DNA of 64,000 nucleotides from Magallana gigas (taxonomy: Eukaryota). Shown in pieces: positions 24,001 through 36,000 of this stretch (position 1 is its first letter; the number at the start of each line of letters is the position of its first letter). The notes below the pieces were generated by a model. The model was not told the DNA's origin, did not search any database, and saw only the letters and a list, made by a program, of their open reading frames with translations. The stretch spans positions 31,682,001 to 31,746,000 of the forward strand of contig NC_088854.1 of the NCBI RefSeq assembly GCF_963853765.1, given 5' to 3'. A program made the position numbers and the translations under genes.

Positions 24001-27000
24001 GGTTCTATCAGTTTTCCCTTCATAACACAAATCCCTTTGATAATCTTTTACACCTACAGTAAAGTGCTGATGTTGTAATATTTTTTCACATGAGACAATC
24101 ACTCAGAGTAGATAAAAACCTTCAAATTTGTGAAGACATATTACAACATCATAACACTCAATTTCTCATATCCACCACAGGATATCGCTAAAAATATAAC
24201 AAAAAATTCCTTTCTTGTAGCAGTTGCTAAGCACACTGTGCACACATCATTTTTCATCCTTATTTATATATATAAAGCATTTCCTAACATCCATGATCCT
24301 CATTATATGACATATTTAATGAAACTTAAATATTTCAAATAACATGCCACAAACTTTGGTTATGGTATTAATTTACATATTTTCCCATAATCAATGTACC
24401 ACTGCATATAAAAAAGATTGCAGCCAAGGGGAATAACTCTAATAAATAATTTATATTAAAAATTTGTCCTTTTACTGTGCACCTTAAGTAAATGATTATT
24501 TACTTACATTGAACAGTTAGTCTGGCCACGGCTTCTGCTGTCCCCACAGAGTTACGGGCCATGCAGATATATAACCCTGCATCATCTGCCTCAACCTTTT
24601 CTATCCTCAGTGTATTGTCCTTCAGCACCCTGATTCTCCCATACTGCAGATTCACATTCTCTTTCCTCCACTCCACAGAAATGGGCGTGTCCCCTACCAC
24701 CTCACACGGAAAATGGACTGCTTTTCCTTCCATGGTGATTTGGTCGATTGGGGCTTTACGGAAACTGGGTTTTTCTGGTAAAAAAAAAATATCAAAATAA
24801 GTATACCAATTTTTCATTTCAATCAACATGTTTTTATTTTTCATATAAATTTCATTAATTCCACTGCATAATCATGTGAACTCAATTAAACAGAGAATTT
24901 TGTAATACATGTAGCTTATAAATATTAAAAATTGAGTCTAGACATAGGAGTAGGGAAAAGTACCCAGAACTGTCAGTGTTGCAGGAGCACTCTCTCTTTC
25001 GCCTGCTGTGTTTGTGGCGACACATTTGTATTTGTCTGCATCGTTCAGCGTGACCTGAGAAATGATCAGGTCGCCATTGTCAGATATCTGAATTCGGTTG
25101 CTCTGCGTCAGAAACTTTCGGCCCTTCATCCACAGGACCTTGGGTGTTGGTTCGCCCCTTGGAGGCCTACAGCTGAACTTGGCCTTGCCGCCGATGGAAG
25201 CATTCGTGTTGGATGGAGAATGTAGGAAATCGTCTCTCAAAACTGGAAGAAAAGAATTGATGTGGGTCTTTTTGACATATACATGTATAATGATAAGTGA
25301 CAATGAAATCGCCTCTCAGAAGTGGAAGAAACAATGTGGGTGTTTATGATATGTATACAATGGGTATGTGACTGTTGCAGAAGTTCATATGCCATGCCAT
25401 TGTATTACTGTCTTTGACATAATTGTGTATCAAATTCAATTTGTTGTTTATGAGATCTATCATATTCATTTCTACTGGAAACCCTCTTCAACATGCTTTT
25501 TTTAAATCAGAAAATATTAACTATATCAGTATTGTGGAATTTCGTGTGAAAAAATAATTTGAATTTGTAATATATATCTCCTATCGAAAAGGTTCAATTA
25601 TCAAAGATTTCAGCTAAAAAATAAAATCTACCGAGATGCTGAGAACCTGTGTGAAACAATGAAAGGAAACAATCTCTATATGCATCCACAGCTGTTGTGT
25701 CAAGGGTATATATTAAACTATTCGAGAGCAGCTGGGAAAATATTATCTACCATAATCGTAAAAATTGTTCCACAACTTTGTGCAGTCATAAAACTGCATA
25801 TCATCACTCTAGGGTAGAAACCCTGCACTGCACACAGCTTTTTAAATTCATTGAGCATTTCATTATCACCATCTTTTGTTAAAAGGCAACTACAAAACAT
25901 TTTGACACGTCTTCAGAATTGCAGCCTTTTCCCATCAAATGCGTATAAAACTTCATACTCCAGTCTCAATTTCCATAACAAGCGGCAAAACTTAACAATT
26001 CTTCCCACCACCATAAAGGTATAATTTGGATAAATTGGACAATGGACCGATATCGTTATGCAACTCTGGGGTACACGAGACAACTTCAACGTTATCTATA
26101 CCCTTATCTGTGTAAGTGACTGCCAGTTTCCTCCACGATCCCTTTCATCCACAGAGGCCTACGCTCCACAAAATTTATTCGATTTTTATAGAAAATACCA
26201 TTTAATTGCTTATTTTAGTCACCATTGAAATTCCTTTAAGTGACAAGTGGTGGGATCAGCAATAAAACGATGGATAAAGTCTGGGTGAATGAGATATAAT
26301 GTATCTATATCCTCAACATCAGAAACACTATTCCACGTCTCATTAGGCTGGGTTTTTTTTTTTAAAACCTTGGTTCAATACACAAAAGCGAAAAAATTAT
26401 CAATTCCAAAATACACCTCCCCTGCGTTAACAAATAGAACAATGATAAAGTAATTTCTTTTTATTTCTTTTTCTGCATTTGTGGCCAGGAGATTAAAGTC
26501 TACACCATCTGTATGTATATCAGCATAAGAGAGACTTGGTCCTTTGAAGCCTTTACAAAAACAGTTATTTATCACTGGAAAGCCGGTAGCCATGTATTTT
26601 TAACTGGATAAGTGGGTCATGAATCTCTATCATGCATTTAGAAAATGTCAATTTTAACAGCTAATTCACAAATTTGGTACGCATGAATTCTTAAGATTTT
26701 CGCTTTAAAGAAAAAAAAAATGGACAACTCCCTATGCAACTACAATGCAGATAATTTGCTACCATTAACGACTTTCGGAAAAACTTGAACCAGAGGAAGC
26801 TGTGTAAACGTAAATGAAAGGACTAAGATAGAAATGGCAGGAAGTTGGGGCACTTTTCTCTATGGCATTGGCCTCATCAGTCATTCCTTTTTTGACCCTT
26901 TTATATGCAAAAAAACCCTGGTTATAAAACAAGCACAGTTGCCTGCCACCAGATATAGAATATAGAAAACAGTTCTGATTTTTTTCTTCCCTTTCGTTAT

Positions 27001-30000
27001 GATAAATCATTATATGAATTTTTATTTAGCGCCTTCAAATTTTCTCTTTCTCCAAATTACCTGCTATTTTTAATGTTGCATTTCTGGAGATGGCACTTCC
27101 CAGTATGTTGGTGGCATTGCAGTAGTAGACCCCAGCATCTGACTTGTCCTTCTGGTGAATCACCCTCAGGAAGAAAAGTTTCCCTCCCTCAATCAGCATC
27201 TTCTGGGAGTAAGGGTCCTCGTCCATGGTCTTCACCTTCCTGCCATTGTGGTACCATGTTATGGTGGGCTTGGGTTTGCCGTCTGCTTGGCAACTCAGGG
27301 TTGCAGGGTTGTCTCTAGCTAGATAACCATTTTGTGGGTGTTCCAGAATTTGCGGATAGGCATCTTGGTCAGTTGGTGAGGCACCTAAAAGAAGAAAATT
27401 CATTGATATTGTAGTCCACTGAACTTGGTATTTTCAATCTAAAAAGCTAAAAATAACATTCTTTTTATTTTCTTTTACAATCTCGTACAATTCTTAATGA
27501 TGTCAAATGAAATGTGTATCTGAAATGCTTCATTATAACTCTGATCCCAGCACAGACAAAAAAAATATATGTGCTAGAGCAGAAATAATCTGTAGTATTT
27601 AGTACTGTATGAGTTAAATCAATATGAAAGCCTGGTGATATTGCTATACTTAAGCCCAGAGATTTATACAATTTGGCTTGGCACCTCCAGCAACTTTCAC
27701 CCAGTGCACATCAAACTTTTGCATTAAGCCACATAATGAAGATCTAGACACAATCAGAATCAATTCTGTGCATTAGCAATCTTGTCAAAATGACTGGGAT
27801 TAGAACCTTGTCAATATGGCACCTACCAGTCTCCTCACTAGTGATAAAATGCCTTAGAGGAGAGAGCAAAAATTTACATGCACTCAGCTTCAAATGAATG
27901 GCCATCATTTTTATCCCAGCTCCCCAAATTGATATGTCCACAAGCCAAGACCTAATCTTCCTCCGAAAACAAAATCTATGGAATCCATTTGTAAGGATTC
28001 TCGAAAACTGGAGGCAAGAGGGCATCCATATTTTGTAGCCGTGTAAAATTAGATGGTGGGGAAACAGTAATGGGAATATATGGTCTTTATTACAAGCCCT
28101 GTGGTCATTTTTCCTCAACCTTAAACTCGATTTTGCTACCTTCCATGACCACAGTGTACAACCCCATCCTGACCCACCATAACACAAGCTCGTCCATCTT
28201 GATAAAAATTCATTGACAGGGAGACAAATTCAGTTTGTAAGGCCAGACGGAGGATCTAAAAGCTACCGCAATATTTACTATCTCTGACACAACTGTAACA
28301 TCTGGTACAATTTGGGCCATCAAAAGGGAATAAAAATTTACGATCAATTAAAATCATAAACTCGTTACTGCAAAGATAGTATGTCATTTCAGGGTGCTTA
28401 TTACGGTGTTAATAAATTAACCCGTTGAAGAAATGGCCCGCTCTGTTTCATGTCTTATTCGGAGAGAGCTGACACATGGTGCTTCTTAACCAACTTGCAA
28501 ATCTAGAATCAAATATTTTCCTCCTGATTTTTACTACTGGTGATTGCAATATGAAAATGTCAGTATGCTTTCTCATTGATATTGTATTACTTTGAGAGAG
28601 AGACATTTATTGTGAAATATTGGCAATAAACCGTAATGAGAGAGAGATGTCCCAAGATTTTCCTGTCCCCTTTGATGAGGGGCTTTGCTCCTCCTTCATG
28701 TAAATATCCGAAAGCAAAATCCAATACTGTCATATGAAAATTTTGCCTTTTGCGACCTCTCTCTTACCCTTACTCTGATTAATTATTGATCGAATTCAAA
28801 GTCATCTGCATTACAAAGCCGTGACCGTTTGTGTAAAATGTGAATCACCTGTCAGCTCTGAGGACCAATCTAAAGCTGAAAACCTGCATGACATAACAGA
28901 CAAGACCCATTAGGCTCTTAACACTGGGACCGAAATTCCTTTGAAAATAGCCGCTGCTAGCCCACTTGGGACCGCCACAACATCTGATGACCTCTTGATC
29001 TGTCATTTGGTCACTTTGACTGTTCTAACAAGGGACACTCAAGGACCAATGCAAATCCCCCACACATCTTCACCAAACAAATCAATACCTATTGAAAATA
29101 TTCCTATGATTTCCCCATCACTACATGTAGCTAACAGACCCATGATCAATAGAAACAAACTATTGATACAACATAGTCTTCTTCTTTTTTTTTCTTCGGA
29201 AAAACCACCGATTCACAATCAAATTGACTTTTTTTTTGCTTTTAAGTCTTACACCCTAAAAGGTTTCTCTAGAAGACAAGGAAAGATGGCCATCAGTTTG
29301 CGTACACATAACAGACCAGAAAATGTTTATTTATGGCATTGCTGAGTGGCAAAGATAAGAGAATCAGGGAGTTTGTTTTATGGATTCTGCTTCCGTACAC
29401 ACACATCAGATGGACCCCGAGATAGGGACCAGGACTTGCGAGAATGCTGTCTCACTTGGAAGAACAGACAGATGCAATAATGGCGGAAGCCTAATAAGAT
29501 TCTCCTGACAATTTGCATATTCCTTTCAAATTATCCCCATTTCTTTGTGAGGGTCAATTCAACCTTCTTTTGAAGACGGGCTGGTGTCGTCTTTATCTTA
29601 ATAATGTCTCCTTTGTCATCTGTCATTGCAAACATATTTTCTATTGCCCAGTACAATTGCAAATCAGCCCATTAACTGAAATTTAAAACTAATGGCACAT
29701 TCAAAGCTACCATAACACTTAAATCGAAGATATTAAGAAAATATATTCCAACAACAGAAGAAAACCACCCACTGCTCAAATTGCTAAAACACTGATGACC
29801 ACACCAGAATATATAAGATTTGCTTGCAGACAGTGTGGCTGCTTCGTAAAATTTATGCACATGCTCCATTGACACCGAGCCTTTTTTCTGCTGGAGCTTG
29901 ACCAATGTTTATAATTATGCCTATGTACAAGGATTGATTGTTTATGTTGGAGGTCTGCAGGTTATTTGGTCAGAGCAAACCTCTGTCCTGTATCAATATT

Positions 30001-33000
30001 TATTTTTATAGACCGCTGGCCTGGAAATTTATCACACTGTACCCTCGATATATTTTGATTGCTATCTGCTCCAGCGAATTTAGAGGTAATTCAAACTAAA
30101 GGGAAGGGGAAATGGTTTAATATTCTTAAAAGGATATTACAGATTTCCTCAATTTGTGGCTCAGTTGAGCAGCTAAACCAGGTACAATAGGGTATCACCA
30201 TTCAAACAATGGGACGATTGCTATCAGCCAAAGGTTATCACCTTGGCACAGGCTTTATCTCCCATTACAGCGCAATTAGCCGGACAATACAGATATCCTT
30301 TCCACCTCCGATTTTTATGACATCTAAACAAGAATATTAAAAGAGCATAAACATCCCAATTATATACCGCAGGAAAACACTTGTGAAAGCAGAAGGCATC
30401 AGCCAAAGCACTCACTCAGCCAGCTCTGGTATCCATCACCAAAAGGGTCACCTAGGTCTTGACTCACAAATTCCTAGCTTGTTGGCGGTCACCTTAGGTG
30501 ATGAGGATCAGGCATAAACAAACAATTAGAAGCCATCCCATCAAGCTTTTAATGATATGCATGCAAAGAAAAGGTGGCCAACAGGCAGGTTTTCTGACTC
30601 CCCTGTGGGTCATCCGCTCTGCCATGGGCTTTGGTCTCCAGCTGGGGTGAGGCGGCCTGTCTGCTGCCAGTATCCTACCAGGGGGCAGTGACAAAAGACC
30701 TCTCTTCGACAGATTATCTTGTCTCCTCTGGAGAGTGTATATTGGTTTACATCTAAATATTTATGAGATGGTTATCATTCCAGTAGTGGCTTGATATGAG
30801 AGATATGAATTGTTTGCAAATGCTGTTTAGTCAACACACCGCATGGAATATTCAACAAGGAGCCCTTGATGGGACTGCTGTGAAAATGGAACAGAAATCT
30901 AGGAAAGAAAAACAACACTCATCAACGCTGATACCTAAGTTGCTATGCTCTTTGTTCAGATCAAAAACCACATCTTTATCTCATAAACAAATAAAGAATT
31001 ATGAGAAGGGATCTTTTGCCCGCTAATACCCAAAGTTCACCTCCTTTGGTTTTGGTTTGATACAGAAAAAATCAGAAATTGTATTGTGTAATAAATCAAA
31101 AATATTTTGGGGGGTACCAATTCCCCTGGCAGCTATTTGTGTAGCGGTCAGGTTTTTTTCCGGTCAGGTTTTTTTCGGGCAGGATAGTTGACAGCCTGTC
31201 TGCGGTTATCATTGGACCCCCAGTCTGTAGTTCTACAGACCCTAATGAATCATATATCTGACAGGATGTCCTCCGTTCCTTGGAGGTGTATTGTCCATAT
31301 CAAATTTTGACAAATTCGAGTGTGAAGAAAATTATCTCTGGACATAGAATCCAATTAGTCCTGACAAGCTGTATGCTGAGCTGGCCCCCTATATCAATCA
31401 CCAATGGGTCATTAGGCCCTGTTGGTTCCAATTAACCATGCAGTGTCCAATTTTTCATGCATGTAAATTATCATTCATGTCATCAGGCCAAGACACTCAA
31501 GATGCTAAAGAACCACTGTTTTAGCAGATTTTTTAATCAAATGAAAAAAATGGCCCAATATTAAACCAAGCTCTCCAAAAACTATAATTTCATATAATAT
31601 ACCAGTCAGTTAACTTCTTAGAGGATTAAAATGGAAGATATTGTACGTGATATAATTCCGTGTCTTTTAGACCTCTCCCATTTTAATTGCAAAGATCTTT
31701 TTCCTTGAATTAAGCAGTAATCAAATTAAAAATCCTTTTAACCACAAAACTTTTCACACATTAACATGTTGGCAAACTGATTTGCCCTTCTTTCTGTTTT
31801 TTTTTTTTTTTTTTTGTTTGTTTCAGATGCACGATGTTGAAGGAAATTGAACACAGGAGCCACCAAGGTTTGGCAACAATCTAGGCGTTATCTGACTAGA
31901 AATGTGGTAATTGCTCCCCAGAATGATGTATTGAGTATTGATGGTTCTCAATACTGATGATGGAGTAGTGAGATTACAGGCCCAATATAGAGATGTAACA
32001 ATCCACTGGGCTTCCAACCAAGATGTCTGATGCAAGAAGACAAGTATTAAAAAGCCATCCTGGTGTGCCCTGCATCTCCAAGTCTCAACCTCTTCATGGG
32101 TAGAAATTGTTGTTTTTCAAAACAAACCATGATCGACTATAGACTCTATGCATTACTGTAAGCTTATATATATATAAAAAAAAGAAAAAAAGAGAGAGAT
32201 AACAGCTATATTTACTTTACTCTATTTCAGCTGTAAATTGTCATGCTGAGAAAAACTATTATTTAGGTTTTTTTTTCACTTTATGGCTTCATTTGTATGC
32301 TATGAAGCATTGCAGCGAAAAATTCTAGTGCCCCGATGAAACCATATAAAGCTATTGCCTTTCCTTCTAATATGGCCACAAGATTGACGAGAAGATTACT
32401 CGGGATTCCAATCAGTACATGCCAATACCCAGAAAACATTGTTGACCATATAAGTACAGAGTTTTGCCTCACAAGATAATTATCCTGTCATTTCATCACA
32501 CATCTGTATTTGTTCAAGTCTTGTATTGGTCTTCTTAATCAGACTGTTGTGCCTAATAAAGGCAATTACAGCCAAGTATTATACCCACACGAAGAGGGGT
32601 GTTTGGGGCTCATGGCCACTACACCGAATGTAAAAGCTAATGTCCGGTAATGATGCAAAAATCTCAATCATTTTTCACTGCTGTGTCATCGTACCAAATT
32701 TTGTAGTTCAGGAGTCAATATAGCAACGCAGATATGGGGTAAACTCTTTGTACCTTTCCAATGCAACAGAAGGAATTTGGAGCAAATATGTGCTATCTTT
32801 ATCTGACCTGGTGTGCAAGTCTCAATAATACTGTTTATACAATGGGCAAAAAAATCTTGTTCTGGATTATCAACAGTATTACGAGCACCTAGTAGAGTGC
32901 AGCTTTTTTGTTAGCAAATACTTCTGTAGCAAAGGTGTGTTATTTCTGATGAAGCAAATCTCTTATTATTTTTTCCTCTTCAAAGGAAGACAGTTCAGTA

Positions 33001-36000
33001 GAAAGACAACATTGTTGTGAGGAGCGAAAACTATCTCTGGCATTTTCACAACTAGATCATTTGCGCTTGTGTTTCAAGAGAGGGAGAGGACTCGAAATTA
33101 AGCTAATTCAAAGATGCCATTATGTAACTGATAATGTCGGAAATCCATTTACGAGTAAATTAAATGATGGCTTTTTCACAGGTTCCATCTTTGTGAATAA
33201 TAAGTCATAACTAGGAGAGAGGCAAAAGACAAATTAACAAAGCAACCAAACTCTTGAGGACTCATTTGCAATCACATTTTTTTTTCACCCAAAACAAAAC
33301 GCTCTCACTCTGATGTACTTATGCCCCACAATAGTTGAACCACAATGTTTCATTCCCAGATGCTGAAGGAAAAAAAAACAACAATAAAATAGCAAGAGCT
33401 ATTAGCAAGCAATTTTAAAAGCTTTTAAATTGTTTCATGTTGAAGTTTTCATGCTAGAACAATTAAAGAATCACACCTCAGCATCAAATAATCTTCCTTT
33501 GATTAATTCTCCACATCTTTTTACACTTTCCAGTTTAACAAATAACAAATTGGAACAGCATTTAAATAAGGAAGATCTTCCAAGCCGATTATTTATTCAA
33601 TACGAGTTTTACAAGTGGCTTTTGGCTCTCTGTCTTGTTTTAAGCCACGTTCAACAGAGGCAAATTGCCCTGTTTCGAATTAAAATCAATCGGCTTGAAA
33701 ACATCAAGCGATTCGCACGGATTAAAAGCAGACACAAGGGAAGGAGGTTGTAACTTTATGTTTTACTACGTATCACTTGAACAAAAACAACACCTCGACT
33801 TTGGGGGCAAGCAACGCACAGCAAGAGCATGTGAACAGTATAAATATCATAGGGAAAAAAACATGAAAAATACAGAAGACATCAATTAATTCACCAAAAT
33901 TTCAAATAAATTTGAAAGATAAAAAAAAGGGAGTTATAGAGAAGAACTGTTACCTTCTGGTAAGCAAGGAAAATTCTGCTTGAAAATGTGTGAGATTATT
34001 GAACCAATGTGTGAAAAATGGGCACTTAATTCCAACTTAATGGCAAAGGTGGGGTTTCTCCCATCTGTATAGAATATAGGATTGCATGGAATGAGCTAAA
34101 ATTTCTAACCAAATCAATAGAGGTCTACTAGAGCATCTCTACTGCAAAACAAAATTATCATGGCAATAGTTCAACTCAGTTGCAATTCATTTTTGCTACT
34201 CTTCTGATGAACTTCACAATAAAAAATCTTTTTTATCATCATTCACACATTGGCGACACATTAGAATGCGCTTTTGAAAATGCATTGCACCTGCTTCCAG
34301 ATCGGAACTGCATTAAAGAGCATTTGGCAAAATTCACCAATTTCTGCACAACATGCGGAAATGTTTGGAACAGTTCGAAAAACACTAAGAAAAACTCAAA
34401 GAAACAGATGTTTCAGTCAGAGAAACTTTTATTTTCTGTTCTCAGACATTTAGCACTTTTCCATGAATACCATCTGAAACGGTTTCAGATTTACAGCTTA
34501 TGCACAAGATTTCACAAGTACAAAAAACTGTAAGGATATCAGAGGGGAAAAAATCCTCCTGATGATGCTATAAAAACATTAGAAAATGATTTTATCAATG
34601 GTCGGTGTCAATGGCTTCTTCAAATAATCTATCTTGATTCATTCTGTCAGAGGCTTTTGAAGGAAGCACAGAGAAGGCAGCACGTAGTACAAGAATAGAA
34701 ACCCAGGTTTATACAGTATAGATACTGATAGGTTTGTGAACTTGCCAGCAGAAAGACAAGTGTCTCTCATCCCATGACTTAATTACATCAGAGGATAAAA
34801 AAACAACAACTGCGATATTTTAACTTCCATTGCCAAACAATTCTTCAAATATGGTTGACAAGCAGAAGATAGAATGCTCCATCAACAAATTGAGCACTGG
34901 GTTCTTTATGGCGGTCCTGGATGGCTTTCCATTTCCCCCACACCATACTGTCCTTGCAATAAAGTCTCTAGTTTTAATTCCTAGTTAATCAATGAAACAT
35001 TTAGCTTGTCATGGCTGATGTGATCTACGATTTTGATGGTGCTGGAAAAAATTGGCCATTTTCAAACCCAAACTACCCTTCAATTTGTGCACTTTATGGT
35101 TCTGTTTTATGATATAACCCATATCGTTTATAATTAAACCAATTCTTGATATGACAAAAATACCCATTAGCATTGGCAGTTTTTTCTCTTGATGGACATA
35201 ATTAATCAAACTTTTCCTTCTATCTGCATGAGGATCATTTGAATAATGTATTAAACCTCTCAAATGTGTTTTTGTCGCGTTCAGTGTTGTTGTGAACTTT
35301 AAGTTGATGAAACAGAACACTGTCTCCTCCAAATTTCAAATCTACTTTCAAATCTTTATTCCATAAACTTTGTTTTTTTCAATGTCTTTATGAATATTTC
35401 ATGACTTTTTGACATTTAATGTTCGGATACTTCATCATATCAGATGACCAACAAATCCGAAGTGAGGCTAAAAGTTTACCACAGTTTCACTAAGATAAAA
35501 TTTCATTTTCATTTCAGGTTTAAAAGCAATGTCATTCAAGTCAAAATGTTTAATAAAAACACACACACTACTGTAACGATTTGTAACCTAGCCCTCCCTA
35601 TGGAATTAACTCAATACAAACAGACAGAATGAACTTCACACTGACCTGCTAAAACTCTCTAAGATTGACTATTTTCAGTTTAAAATATTTCAAATTTCTA
35701 AGTGCTTACAAATCTTTTTCAAAATATTTACAAAATCGGGCCGGCACATCAAATGAAACCTTTCTTTTCTAAGCACAAATCCCTTTTTCAGCAATCTTCA
35801 ATGCACCGCGCCCATAAGTATAGTATACTGGTACACAAAACCTTCTGATCTATTGCTTCAGAAATATTCCAAAAGGTCGGCCAGTTCAACTGGACAAAAG
35901 CAAATGGTCCATTCAAATGATCCTCTTATATAGCATTTGATCTACCATAGGGAACAACAGGATAATTTGTTTTCCTTACACCCTGACACATTCAGAGAGA

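Noticed and set aside
23420-24507. Equivalent of the vertebrate Robo1/2 microexon between Ig3 and Ig4
   Set aside because: The AG..GT candidates I checked around 23615 were out of frame (7 or 35 nt) or introduced an immediate stop (18 nt); the rest of the intron was not exhaustively scanned.
24561-25349. Antisense ORFs over Ig2/Ig3 (also 19683-19871, 20539-20766, 27073-27318)
   Set aside because: Reverse-frame shadows of real exons.
25800-26320. Sialyltransferase-like words (LIHPDF, LC..QGFYP)
   Set aside because: The spacing between the motifs (~150 codons) is far larger than in ST8Sia-type enzymes; probably coincidence.
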